A stretch of DNA of 64,000 bases. Source: a bacterium. Lineage in GTDB: Bacteria > Sysuimicrobiota > Sysuimicrobiia > Sysuimicrobiales > Segetimicrobiaceae. Position 1 is the stretch's first letter; every line of letters begins with the position of its first letter. The DNA lies in assembly GCA_035307765.1 (NCBI GenBank), contig DATGHU010000041.1, forward strand, positions 22,089 to 86,088, written 5' to 3'. Both the position numbers and the translations under genes were made by a program. A model generated the notes under the pieces. It did not search any database. It was not told the origin of the DNA and worked only from the letters and a program-made list of their open reading frames with translations. Below, one piece after another: positions 36,003-45,451 of the stretch.

Positions 36003-36392
36003 CTACCGCGGCAGGTAGCGCTTGCGGTACGAATCCTTCCGGTGAATCTTGCCGTCTCGAAACTCGAAGAGATCGCAGCCGCGCGCCTCGATCCGGCGGC
36101 CGTCGGGGCGGGTCGCGATCATCGTCCACTCCGAGAGCCCTCGGGCGCCGGAGACCGCGTGCCGGGGGTTCACGAATCGAACGTCCGGGAGGCTCTCGAA
36201 GATCTCGACGATCGCCTCGCGCACGGCGCGCTGTCCATCGTAGCGCCGCCCCCACGGCTCGGCCCCCCCCGAGGTCTCGAAGATGCAATCGGGGGTCATC
36301 ATGCCCATGATCGCGTCGAGATCGTGCCGGTCCCACGCCGCGGCATACGCGACGAGCAGGTCCCGAAAGGCGGTGATTCCGCCGGATGCCAT
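36003..36392 (-). CDS. SnoaL-like / NTF2-fold protein
   Basis: GGAGGA lies before ATG 36392. FRDLLVAYAAAWDRHDLDAIMGMMTPDCIFE...EFRDGKIHRKDSY is a typical SnoaL/ketosteroid-isomerase-like pattern. 129 aa. Confidence 0.7.
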   Translation of the reverse strand: MASGGITAFRDLLVAYAAAWDRHDLDAIMGMMTPDCIFETSGGAEPWGRRYDGQRAVREAIVEIFESLPDVRFVNPRHAVSGARGLSEWTMIATRPDGRRIEARGCDLFEFRDGKIHRKDSYRKRYLPR

Positions 36393-36516
36393 GGGTGTGA
36401 GTCCTCCTGCCCGCGGGGTGAGGCGGGCCCCGGCGGGAGAGATTCTCCCCGACGGCAACGACCCCTCGTCGCTTCGGGCAGGGCTGGCCGCGTCCGGGCG
36501 CGAAAGGGATGCCGGT

Positions 36517-37536
36517 ATGGTCGCGCCCGCTATCCTCCACCTGTGGACCGGATGGCCCCACGTTCTTCGCGCCCAGCAGTTTGATCCCGCGTCGTTGGAC
36601 CGCATCTTCCGGGAGGCGCGCCTCGCCGAGGAGATCACCAACAGCGGGGGCAGCAACCTCCTCAAGGGTAAGATCGTCCTGACGCTCTTCTACGAGCCCA
36701 GCACCCGCACCCGCCTTTCCTTCGAGTTTGCCACCTATCATCTCGGCGGGCGGGTCTTGTCCTCGGAAGCGGCGCGGGAGTTCTCTTCCGCGGCCAAGGG
36801 CGAGTCGATCGAGGACACGATTCGGGTCGTCTCCCGATACCGACCCGCCGCGATCGTGCTGCGCCACTATCAGGAGGGGGCGGCGGAGCGGGCGGCCGCC
36901 GCGGCCGCCGATCCACGGAACGGGCGCCCGATCCCGGTCTTCAACGCCGGCGACGGGCCCGGCCAGCACCCGACCCAGGCCCTGCTCGACGCCTACACGA
37001 TCTGGCGCTCCCGCGGCACGCTGGAGGGGGTGACCGTGGCGGCGGCGGGCGATCTCCTCAACGGCCGCACGGCTCGATCGCTGTGCTACCTTCTGGCAAA
37101 GTACCGGGGGGTCTCGTTCCGGTTGATCGCCCCCCGGCCGGTGCAGATGAAGGACGACATCCTGGCGTACCTGCGCCGCCACAAGGTGCCGTTCATCCAG
37201 ACAGAGGATTTGGGGGAAGGCGTCCGCGAGGCCGATGTCCTCTACGTCACCCGGATTCAGAAGGAGCGGTTCGCGGAAGAAGAGCAGGACGCGTACGAGC
37301 GGATCCGGAACACGTTCTGCGTCACCGCGGACATCCTCGCCCACCTTCCCCCCAACGCGATCGTCATGCACCCTCTGCCGCGAGTCGAAGGGCCATACAG
37401 CGAGTTGCCGACGTCGGTGGAGGCGGATCCCAGGGTGATCATTTTCGATCAGACCGAGGCCGGCATGTACGTCCGGATGGCTCTGTTGAAGCTCACCTGC
37501 GCGGTGGATCGGGTCACCAGCCGGGTCGGCCGCTGA
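36517..37536 (+). CDS. pyrB: aspartate carbamoyltransferase catalytic chain (E. coli/archaeal-type sequence)
   Basis: LFYEPSTRTRLSFE, GDGPGQHPTQALLD, GDLLNGRTARS, VTRIQKERF (the R-x-Q aspartate-site residues) and MHPLPRV are present. Start is ATG 36517 because the upstream part of the ORF overlaps the SnoaL gene. Confidence 0.85.
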   Translation: MVAPAILHLWTGWPHVLRAQQFDPASLDRIFREARLAEEITNSGGSNLLKGKIVLTLFYEPSTRTRLSFEFATYHLGGRVLSSEAAREFSSAAKGESIEDTIRVVSRYRPAAIVLRHYQEGAAERAAAAAADPRNGRPIPVFNAGDGPGQHPTQALLDAYTIWRSRGTLEGVTVAAAGDLLNGRTARSLCYLLAKYRGVSFRLIAPRPVQMKDDILAYLRRHKVPFIQTEDLGEGVREADVLYVTRIQKERFAEEEQDAYERIRNTFCVTADILAHLPPNAIVMHPLPRVEGPYSELPTSVEADPRVIIFDQTEAGMYVRMALLKLTCAVDRVTSRVGR

Positions 37537-37689
37537 CTTCCGCTCCGGCTGGAAACCTTCTTTCCTTCGGGTTCATACCATATAAATGATTGCCTGAAGA
37601 CGGCCGGGCGGTCGCGGGGCTCCCCCGCCGCGCGAGCGCCCCACGCCTGCGGCCGGCCTCGTTTCCCCCGCCGCGCGGGCCCCGGCCCC

Positions 37690-38490
37690 TTGCCAGGGCG
37701 AGGCGGGTGCCCCGGCGAACTCTCCGGCGTGGCGGCCCCGTTGCTCACCCTGCGAAACCTCAGCAAGGCCTTCGGCGGCGTTGCGGCGGTCGGGGGGGTC
37801 AGCACCGCGCTGGCCCCAGGCGAGATCCGCGGGCTGATCGGGCCGAACGGATCCGGCAAGACCACGTTATTGAACCTCATCGGCGGTCAGCTGACTCCGG
37901 ACGCCGGCGAGATCTTCCTCGATGGCCGGCCGATTCACGGCTTCCCGCCCGATCGCGCGGCCTCGCTGGGGGTGGCGCGAACGTTTCAGCTGCCGCGCGT
38001 CTTCCGGCACATGACGGTTCTCGACAATCTGCTCCTGCCCGCCTGCGCCGATCATCGACGCGTCCCGTGGGCCACCGGGGTCGAGGAGGCGTGGCGGTCC
38101 CTCCGGTTCGTTGGGCTGGAGCGTTTCGCCCACGCCGACGCGCGGGTCCTGTCCGGGGGGCAGGCGATGCTGCTGCAGCTGGCCCGCGGTCTCATCCAGC
38201 AGCCGCTGCGGCTGTGCCTTCTCGATGAACCGTTCGCCGGGGTCCATCCGGCGATCAAAGACCGGATGGTTGAGGCGATCCTGGACATGAATCGGCGCCT
38301 GGGCGTCACCTTCCTCGTCGTCAGCCATGAAATGACCACGCTGCGGCGGCTGGCCGGCGGGGTCTCGGTGATGCACAACGGCGAGGTGATCGCCGAGGGA
38401 ACCCTCGAGGCCGTCGCCCACGATGCTCGGGTCATCGAAGCCTACCTCGGGGGCCGTCAGGCGCTCCCCCCCGACGCGGCGCGCCCGTAA
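37690..38490 (+). CDS. livG: branched-chain amino acid (LIV/HAAT family) ABC transporter ATP-binding protein
   Basis: LRNLSKAFGGVAAVGGVS, GPNGSGKTT, LSGGQ and LLDEP are present. GTG 37729 is an alternative start. Confidence 0.85.
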   Translation: MPGRGGCPGELSGVAAPLLTLRNLSKAFGGVAAVGGVSTALAPGEIRGLIGPNGSGKTTLLNLIGGQLTPDAGEIFLDGRPIHGFPPDRAASLGVARTFQLPRVFRHMTVLDNLLLPACADHRRVPWATGVEEAWRSLRFVGLERFAHADARVLSGGQAMLLQLARGLIQQPLRLCLLDEPFAGVHPAIKDRMVEAILDMNRRLGVTFLVVSHEMTTLRRLAGGVSVMHNGEVIAEGTLEAVAHDARVIEAYLGGRQALPPDAARP

Positions 38491-38505
38491 GCCGGAGGCG
38501 GTGAC

Positions 38506-39237
38506 ATGCTGCGGATCGATCGCGTCGTCGCAGGGTATCATCCGGGCATCGACATCCTGAGCGATTTGACGCTGCGGGCGGCGTCGGGCCGGATCACCGC
38601 AGTCATCGGTCCGAATGGGGCGGGCAAATCCACCCTTCTGCGTGTGGTGTTTGGGCTGGTCCGGCCGCGTGCGGGCCGCGTCGTGTTCGGGGATCGCGAG
38701 ATCCAGCAAACGACCGCCTACGCGCGCAAGCGGTTGGGGATCGGTTATGTGCCTCAGGGTCCCAGCACCTTCCCCCAGATGACGGTTGAGGAGAACCTCC
38801 TGGTCGGGGGCTGGACGATCAGGCGGGACCGGCCGCTGCTCCACCAGCGCCTCGCGCACTTGTACGACTTGTTCCCGACGCTGGCCGCCATCCGGGGATC
38901 GCGGGCGACGGCGTTGAGCGGGGGGCAGCTGCGGATGCTTTCGATCGCGAAGGAGCTGGTGGCCTCGCCCACGCTGCTGCTGGTCGATGAGCCGACGGCG
39001 GGGCTGGCGCCGCGGGTGGCGGACGGGGTCTACGATCTGCTCGTCCGCAGTCGGCACCTCGGGGTGACGGTTGTCTTGGTGGATCAGAACATCTCCGAGG
39101 CCGTCGCGGTCGCGGACGACGTCTACCTCATCGTCATGGGGCGGGTTGAGCGGGAGGGGCCGCGGGAAGTCTTCGCCCGGGATCTGCGCGCGATCATCCG
39201 AGAGACACTGGTGGGGGGACCGGCACCGGCGTCGTGA
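38506..39237 (+). CDS. livF: LIV-family ABC transporter ATP-binding protein
   Basis: GPNGAGKST, LSGGQLRML and LLLVDEPTAGLAP are present. Confidence 0.9.
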   Translation: MLRIDRVVAGYHPGIDILSDLTLRAASGRITAVIGPNGAGKSTLLRVVFGLVRPRAGRVVFGDREIQQTTAYARKRLGIGYVPQGPSTFPQMTVEENLLVGGWTIRRDRPLLHQRLAHLYDLFPTLAAIRGSRATALSGGQLRMLSIAKELVASPTLLLVDEPTAGLAPRVADGVYDLLVRSRHLGVTVVLVDQNISEAVAVADDVYLIVMGRVEREGPREVFARDLRAIIRETLVGGPAPAS

Positions 39238-39295
39238 GTCGGCGGCCGGGCGGCGCGCTCCTCGGAGCACGCACGTGATGAAGGGGGGAACTGAG

Positions 39296-40540
39296 ATGGG
39301 TCAGAGGTTGGTTGTGACCGTGGTGGGGGGGATGCTGATCGCCGCGCTGGCGGCGGGCGGCGCTGTCGGTTCGGCGGCGCCCGCTCCGGTCACGCTCGGA
39401 GTGCTCACCCCGCTTTCCCCTCCCGGCGATCCGGCGGCCGGGCAGCTGATCGAGCGGGGGGCCGAACTGGGGATCCAGTACATCAATACCGTGATGGGCG
39501 GGTTGTTCGGGGGCAAGGGGGGGTGCGCGCTGCCCGCAACCCAGGTCCGGTTGGCGGTCGAGGACGACAGCGGACTTCCGGAGAAGGCGATCGCCGGCTT
39601 CCGGCGCCTGGTTTCGGAAGATCACGCGGTGGCGGTGTGGGGTCAGTTTCACAGTTCGGCGATGCTCGCCGCGGCCCCCCTCGCGGATCAGTTGGGGGTG
39701 CCCTTCATCAGCACGCAGGCGTCGGCGGCGGACATCACCGCGAAGCACTTTAAAGCCGTCTTTCGCACCCACCCCATCGACCCCGACCGCGCCGCGGCGT
39801 GGCTCGGCTGGATTCAGGCGCAGGGCTGGCACAAGGTCGCGATGCTGGCGGAGAACACGGATTACGGGATCGGCCTGGCGGAGGCGACCAAGTCACTGAT
39901 CGCGGCAAAGAAGATGAACGTCACCCTCGACGCCGTGATCTTCGACCGAACCTCCTCCGACCTCACCCCGCAGCTCCTGAAGTTCAAGGCGGAGAAGCCC
40001 GATGTGCTGCTCAACGTCGGGGTCGGGACGCCGGCCTACCTGATCATCAAGCAGGCCCACGACATCGGGCTGTTCCCGCAGGTGCCGATGCTGGGATCGT
40101 ACGATTTCCCGGTGCGGCCGGAGTACTGGAAGAACCTCGGCGCAGCGGGGAACTACCTCGCGTTCATCTCCTACTATCACCCTCGGATGGCCCTGTCCCC
40201 GCTCGGAAAGTGGGCGGCCATCGAGTACGCGAAGCGGTACAAGGACGTGGCGATCTATTCCAACCTCAACTCGTTCGGCGACGCGGTGATCCTGGCGGAG
40301 GCGATGAATCAGGCCTGCAGCAGCGACCCGACGAAGATCATTGCCGCCCTGGAGCGGGGGCGCTTCGATACCTGGATCGGCTCCGGGGCGACCTTTCCTC
40401 GGGGGGCGGGGGTTTACTGGCACCAGTGGTCTCCGCCGATGGTGATTTTGCAGTTCACCCAGACCGACGAGACGTACGATCAGGCCCCGATCCTCTATCC
40501 TACGGCGATGAAGACCGGCACGTACACCGGCCCGCACTGA
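39296..40540 (+). CDS. LIV-family periplasmic substrate-binding protein
   Basis: GGGGGGA lies before ATG 39296 and a signal peptide MGQRLVVTVVGGMLIAALAAGGAVGSAAP is present. VTLGVLTPLSPPGD...GAELGIQYIN is typical of Peripla_BP_6. Ligand is unknown. Confidence 0.85.
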   Translation: MGQRLVVTVVGGMLIAALAAGGAVGSAAPAPVTLGVLTPLSPPGDPAAGQLIERGAELGIQYINTVMGGLFGGKGGCALPATQVRLAVEDDSGLPEKAIAGFRRLVSEDHAVAVWGQFHSSAMLAAAPLADQLGVPFISTQASAADITAKHFKAVFRTHPIDPDRAAAWLGWIQAQGWHKVAMLAENTDYGIGLAEATKSLIAAKKMNVTLDAVIFDRTSSDLTPQLLKFKAEKPDVLLNVGVGTPAYLIIKQAHDIGLFPQVPMLGSYDFPVRPEYWKNLGAAGNYLAFISYYHPRMALSPLGKWAAIEYAKRYKDVAIYSNLNSFGDAVILAEAMNQACSSDPTKIIAALERGRFDTWIGSGATFPRGAGVYWHQWSPPMVILQFTQTDETYDQAPILYPTAMKTGTYTGPH

Positions 40541-40550
40541 GCGCCGGGGC

Positions 40551-41441
40551 GTGGACGTCACCCTCCTCGTCCAGTACGGGCTCGCCGGGCTCGTCATCGG
40601 AGTGATCTATTGCCTGATGGCGGTCGGGATCACCTTCATTTACAGCATCATGAAGATGATCAACTGGGCGATGGGCGAGTTCTTCATGATCGGCGGATAC
40701 CTGCAGTATCTGCTGATCACGGGGTGGCTGGGATCATCCCGCTGGTACCTTGCCCTCCCGTTGGCCGCGGTCGGGGCCGGCCTCCTGGGCATGCTGGTGC
40801 AGCGGGTGCTCCTCCGGCCGATGTTCGTGGGGCAGGTCGAGCGGTTGGACGAGTATGCGACAATCGTCACGATCAGCTTGACCGTGCTGCTGCGAAACCT
40901 GGCGGTCGTGGTCTTCGGGCCGTACCAGTTCTCCCCCGCCGACTACGCCCCGCCGGTCATGCTGGGTCCGCTGCCGCTCAACGGGAGTCGGTTCGCCGCG
41001 TTCGTTGGGACGATCGTCCTCCTCGGGGTGTTCGCGATGGTGATGCGCTGGACGTGGTTCGGCCGCGCGCTGCGCGCGGCGGCGCAGAACCGCCTGGGCG
41101 CCCTGTGCGCCGGGATCAACCTGCCGCGACTCGATATGCTGGCCTTCGGCATCGGCGTGGGGCTGGCGGGGGCCGCGGGCGCTTTGCTGGCGCCGGTGTT
41201 CTTGGTGTTTCCACAGAGCGGCGCCCTCAGCACCGTCAAGGGGTTCGAGATCATCGTCATCGGGGGCCTCGGCTCGCTCCCCGGGAGCATCGTCGGGGGG
41301 CTGCTCCTCGGACTGGTCGAGAGCCTGGGCTCGGTGTTCGTCTCGCCTTCGTTCCGCGACGTGTACGGGTTCGGGCTCCTGCTGCTCATCCTCGTGCTGC
41401 GACCGACCGGGCTCTGGGGCGAGCGGACCCGCGAGGCATAG
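40551..41441 (+). CDS. livH: LIV-family ABC transporter permease
   Basis: LVQYGLAGLVIGVIYCLMAVGITFIYS opens the protein. 296 aa, polytopic. Confidence 0.9.
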   Translation: MDVTLLVQYGLAGLVIGVIYCLMAVGITFIYSIMKMINWAMGEFFMIGGYLQYLLITGWLGSSRWYLALPLAAVGAGLLGMLVQRVLLRPMFVGQVERLDEYATIVTISLTVLLRNLAVVVFGPYQFSPADYAPPVMLGPLPLNGSRFAAFVGTIVLLGVFAMVMRWTWFGRALRAAAQNRLGALCAGINLPRLDMLAFGIGVGLAGAAGALLAPVFLVFPQSGALSTVKGFEIIVIGGLGSLPGSIVGGLLLGLVESLGSVFVSPSFRDVYGFGLLLLILVLRPTGLWGERTREA

Positions 41442-41489
41442 GCAACGGCGGGCGGGGGAGCGGAGCGGCTGGGGGCCGTCTCCGCGGCG

Positions 41490-42470
41490 GTGAGGGACCA
41501 CCTTGAGAGGCGTGGACCCCCGCGGATCGGCGGGGGGATGGGGCTCACGCTCGCCGGGCTCGTGCTCGCGGGGTTCCTCCCGGCGGTCCTCGGCGACTAT
41601 CCGGTGCACGTGCTCACGGTCGCCTGTTACTATGTCATCCTGGCGTCCACGTGGAACCTGATCGCGGGGTATACGGGGCTGTTCTCGCTCGCCCACCACG
41701 TCTTCGCGGCGATCGGCGGGTACGCGTCGGCGCTGCTGGTGGTCCGCGCCGGAGCACCGGTTCCGATAGGGATCGCGGCCGGAGCGATCCTGGCGGGGGC
41801 GGTCGGGTACGTCATCGGGGCGTTGACGTTGCGTTTGCGCGCGCTGTATCTCGCGCTGGCGACCTGGGCGTTCGCCGAGTCGATGCGCGTGGTCGTCTCG
41901 ATGGAATACGGGATCACCCGTGGCGACCTTGGGCTTCCCGTCCCCACGCTGTTCGGGACGGCGTCCCCACGGGTCTACTACGAGGTGTTCCTGCTTCTGG
42001 CCGCGGCCACCGTGGCCGGGCTTGCGTTGCTCCTGCGATCGAAGATCGGCTACCGGCTGCGTGCGATTCGGGACGACGAAGGCGCGGCGCGGGCCGCCGG
42101 GATCAACACCGTGCGGTGGAAGCGCTTCGTGTTCGCGCTGAGCTCCGGGGTGGCCGGGCTGGCGGGGGCGCTGTACGGTCACTACATCGGCCTGCTGAGC
42201 CCCGCCGGGATGCAGTTCGACGAGATGGCCCTGATTATTATCATGGTGATCCTCGGCGGCCAGCGGACGCTCGCCGGCCCCGTGATCGGCGCGATCGTCG
42301 TGGAGGGGGCCTCGGAGTCGCTCCGCGCGTACGGTCAGCTCCGGATGGTCCTGTTCGCGCTCGTGGTCCTGGGGTTAATGCGCCTCTATCCTCCGGGATT
42401 GGTCGGGCTGGCTCGGGCTGCCTGGGCCCGCCTCGCGCCCCGCTCAGCCCGCGGGGGGGCCGATGCCTGA
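41490..42470 (+). CDS. livM: LIV-family ABC transporter permease
   Basis: ILASTWNLIAGYTGLFSLAHHVFAAIGGY is a LivM hallmark. Start is GTG 41490 or ATG 41538. Confidence 0.85.
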   Translation: MRDHLERRGPPRIGGGMGLTLAGLVLAGFLPAVLGDYPVHVLTVACYYVILASTWNLIAGYTGLFSLAHHVFAAIGGYASALLVVRAGAPVPIGIAAGAILAGAVGYVIGALTLRLRALYLALATWAFAESMRVVVSMEYGITRGDLGLPVPTLFGTASPRVYYEVFLLLAAATVAGLALLLRSKIGYRLRAIRDDEGAARAAGINTVRWKRFVFALSSGVAGLAGALYGHYIGLLSPAGMQFDEMALIIIMVILGGQRTLAGPVIGAIVVEGASESLRAYGQLRMVLFALVVLGLMRLYPPGLVGLARAAWARLAPRSARGGADA

Positions 42471-42588
42471 CGCGGGGAGAGGAGAACGCTCGGTCCCCCG
42501 CGCGGGGGAGGGGGCTCCTTCCGGCGAATACAGCATCTCGCGCCTGCCCCGGGCGGGCGGCGGCGGGTCCACTCCAGGAGGCGAACCG

Positions 42589-43770
42589 ATGTTTCTCTCG
42601 AAGAGCGTGCGCGCGATCACCCCCTCGATGACGATCGGGATGGACGACCGCGCCCGCCGGTTGCGGCGGGACGGGGTCGACGTCATCAGCTTTGCCGCGG
42701 GCGAGCCCGATTTCGACACGCCCGAGGTCATTAAACAGGCAGCGATCAAAGCGATCCAGGAGGGGTTTACCAAGTACACGAGCCCGGCCGGCATCATCGA
42801 GCTGCGGCAGGCGATCGCCACGCGGCTGCGCGCCGCGTACGGGGTCCAGTACGCGCCGGAAGAGATCGTTGTGACGGCCGGCGGGAAGCCCGCTCTCTAT
42901 TTCGCCCTGCGCGCCCTCTGCGAGCCGGGGGACGAGGTGCTGATCCCGATTCCCGCCTGGGTTTCGTACATGGAGCAGGTAAAGCTCGCCGGCGGCCGCC
43001 CGGTGCCGGTCCCCACCGAGGCGGCGGAGGATTTTCAGCCGCTCCCCGAGCGGGTGGCGCCGCTCTTGACCTCACGGACCCGCGCGCTGCTGATCTGCTC
43101 CCCGCATAACCCCACCGGCGCGGTCTACGCCCGCGAGACGCTGGCGGGACTTGTGGAGCTCAGCCGTCGCCGCGAGTTCACGCTGTTGAGCGACGAGATC
43201 TACGAAAGCATGGTCTATGACGGGGCCACCCATCACTGTGTCCCCGCGGCTTGGCCCGAGGCGCGCGAGGGGACCGTGTTGCTCAACTCGATGTCCAAGA
43301 CCTACGCGATGACCGGATGGCGGATCGGATATGCCGCCGCCCCACGGGAGGTCGCGACGGCCATCACCGACGTCCAAGGGCATCTTGCCGGCAACCCGAA
43401 CTCGATCGCCCAGCGCGCGGCCCTGGCCGCCCTGGAGCAGCGGGTCGACCCGGGCGAGATGGTGGCCGAGTACGACCGGCGTCGCCGCTACATCGTTTCC
43501 CGGCTCAACGCCCTCCCCGGGGTTCGGTGCGCCACCCCCCGCGGCGCGTTTTACGCCTTTCCGGACGTGCGGGGCATCCTCGGCCGACTCGGCGCCCCCG
43601 CCACGTCGGCCGCCCTGTGCGAGCACCTCCTCGATCGGGCGCACGTGGCCGCCGTCCCAGGCGAGGCGTTCGAGGCCCCGGGATTCATTCGCATGTCGTA
43701 CGCGACCGCGTTCCCCCGCATCGAAGAAGGGCTCGACCGGATCGCCCGGGCGCTCGAGACGTTCGGGTAG
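42589..43770 (+). CDS. class I pyridoxal-phosphate aminotransferase (aspartate aminotransferase type)
   Basis: AGGAGG lies before ATG 42589. VISFAAGEPDFDTP, TKYTSPAGIIELR and SMSKTYAMTGWRIGY (PLP lysine) are present. Confidence 0.9.
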   Translation: MFLSKSVRAITPSMTIGMDDRARRLRRDGVDVISFAAGEPDFDTPEVIKQAAIKAIQEGFTKYTSPAGIIELRQAIATRLRAAYGVQYAPEEIVVTAGGKPALYFALRALCEPGDEVLIPIPAWVSYMEQVKLAGGRPVPVPTEAAEDFQPLPERVAPLLTSRTRALLICSPHNPTGAVYARETLAGLVELSRRREFTLLSDEIYESMVYDGATHHCVPAAWPEAREGTVLLNSMSKTYAMTGWRIGYAAAPREVATAITDVQGHLAGNPNSIAQRAALAALEQRVDPGEMVAEYDRRRRYIVSRLNALPGVRCATPRGAFYAFPDVRGILGRLGAPATSAALCEHLLDRAHVAAVPGEAFEAPGFIRMSYATAFPRIEEGLDRIARALETFG

Positions 43771-43830
43771 GCCGCGCGACGGCGCCGCAGCGCGTGCGCC
43801 CGCGTCGGAGACCGCGAGGAGGAACCAGAG

Positions 43831-45384
43831 ATGATGACGCTTCCCGAGTTTCACAACGAACCGTTGGCGGATTTTACGGATGCGCCGGCGCGGCAGGCGA
43901 TGGAGGGGGCGCTTCGGGCCGTGGGGGATCAGCTGGGCCGCGAGTTTCCGCTGCTGATCGGCGGGAGGGCCCTGAAGACCGCCGACACGTTTCGGTCGCT
44001 GAACCCGTCCCAGGCCGACCGGGTGGTGGCGGTCGTCCACCAGGCGGGGCCGGGCGAGGTGAACGCGGCGGTCGACGCGGCCTCTGCCGCATTCGAGTCG
44101 TGGCGATGGGTGCCCGCCGAGGAGCGCGCCGCCCTCCTGATGCGCGCCGCCAACCTGCTCAGGCGCCGGCGCATGGAGGCCGCCGCTTGGATGATTTACG
44201 AGGTCGGGAAGAACTGGGCGGAGGCCGATGGCGACGTCGCGGAGGCGATCGACTTCGCCGAGTACTATGCCCGCGAGATCCTGCGCTATGCGTCGGGGCC
44301 GGCGCTTCCGGCGACGCCGGGGGAGATGAGCGAGTACCAGTATCTTCCTCTCGGCGTGGTGGCGGTGATCTCGCCTTGGAACTTTCCCGTCGCCATCCCC
44401 GCGGGGATGGCGCTCGGCGCGATTGTCTGCGGCAACACGGTCGTGATGAAGCCGGCAAGCGACTCGGCGGCGACGACCTATGTCATCGCGGAGGCGCTTA
44501 CCGAGGCCGGCCTGCCGCCGGGCGTGCTGAACCTGATCGCCGGGCCCGGCGGGGTCGTGGGAGAGGCCCTGGTCACGCATCCCAAGGTGCGGATGATCGC
44601 GTTCACCGGATCCCGCGAGGTCGGGACGCACCTGTTTGCCCTCGCCGCGCAGACGCCCCCGGGGCAGATCTGGCTCAAGCGGATCATCGCCGAGATGGGG
44701 GGGAAGAACGCCCTCATCGTCGATGACGACGCGGCCCTGGACCAAGCGGTGGCCGGGGTCGTGGCTTCGGGGTACGGATACCAGGGGCAGAAGTGTTCCG
44801 CGGGATCGCGGCTGATTGTGACCCCCAAGGTGTACGGTGAGGTCGTGGAGAGGGTCGCCGACCGGGTCCGCCAGCTCACCGTCGGGCCGGCGGCCGAAAA
44901 TTTCCCGGCCGGGCCGGTGATCAATGCCCGGGCCGAGCAGAAGGTGCTCGAATACATCGAGCTGGGGAAGCGGGAGGGACGCCTCGTCGCCGGCGGGACT
45001 CGGGCGCGGGAGGGCGGCTACTACGTGGCGCCGACGGTGTTTATCGATGTTCGGCCCGACGCCCGGATCGCGCAGGAGGAAATCTTCGGCCCCGTCCTCG
45101 CGGCGGTGCCTGCGCGTGACTTCGATGAGGCGATCCGAATCGCCAACGGGACGGCGTTCGGCCTCACGGGATCCGTGTACACGCTCAACCCGGAGAAGCT
45201 CGCCAAGGGCCGGCGCGAGCTGTTGTGCGGCAACCTTTACCTGAACAGGAAGTCGACCGGCGCGGTGGTCGGTACGCACCCCTTCGGCGGCTTCAACATG
45301 TCGGGGACCGACAGCAAGGCCGGCGGCCCCGATTACCTGCTCAACTTCCTGCAGCCCAAGGTGGTCGCGCACCGATACTGGTAG
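43831..45384 (+). CDS. L-glutamate gamma-semialdehyde (1-pyrroline-5-carboxylate) dehydrogenase, RocA/PruA type
   Basis: GAGGAGG lies before the ATG. FHNEPLADFT...YEVGKNWAEADGDVAEAIDFAEYYARE, FTGSREVG, EMGGKNALIVD and GQKCSAGSR (catalytic Cys) are present. It closely parallels the Thermus/Bacillus 516-aa P5CDH as I remember it. Confidence 0.9.
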   Translation: MMTLPEFHNEPLADFTDAPARQAMEGALRAVGDQLGREFPLLIGGRALKTADTFRSLNPSQADRVVAVVHQAGPGEVNAAVDAASAAFESWRWVPAEERAALLMRAANLLRRRRMEAAAWMIYEVGKNWAEADGDVAEAIDFAEYYAREILRYASGPALPATPGEMSEYQYLPLGVVAVISPWNFPVAIPAGMALGAIVCGNTVVMKPASDSAATTYVIAEALTEAGLPPGVLNLIAGPGGVVGEALVTHPKVRMIAFTGSREVGTHLFALAAQTPPGQIWLKRIIAEMGGKNALIVDDDAALDQAVAGVVASGYGYQGQKCSAGSRLIVTPKVYGEVVERVADRVRQLTVGPAAENFPAGPVINARAEQKVLEYIELGKREGRLVAGGTRAREGGYYVAPTVFIDVRPDARIAQEEIFGPVLAAVPARDFDEAIRIANGTAFGLTGSVYTLNPEKLAKGRRELLCGNLYLNRKSTGAVVGTHPFGGFNMSGTDSKAGGPDYLLNFLQPKVVAHRYW

Positions 45385-45451
45385 GGAGCAGGGCGGCGGG
45401 GCCGACCCGGGAGTGAGGGGCGGGCCCGCGCCCCAGGACGCGGGGTGAGCG

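Noticed and set aside
43072-45372. 766-aa minus-strand ORF. Similar giants are 47581..49704 (707 aa), 33439..35553 (704 aa) and the upstream two-thirds of 34939..37371.
   Set aside because: They lie antisense to genes with unmistakable motifs (aminotransferase/P5CDH, guaB/MFS, amidohydrolases, pyrB). Their translations are Arg/Pro/Gly/Asp-rich low-complexity strings. Long stop-free antisense frames are expected when sense codons are G/C-rich at position 3.
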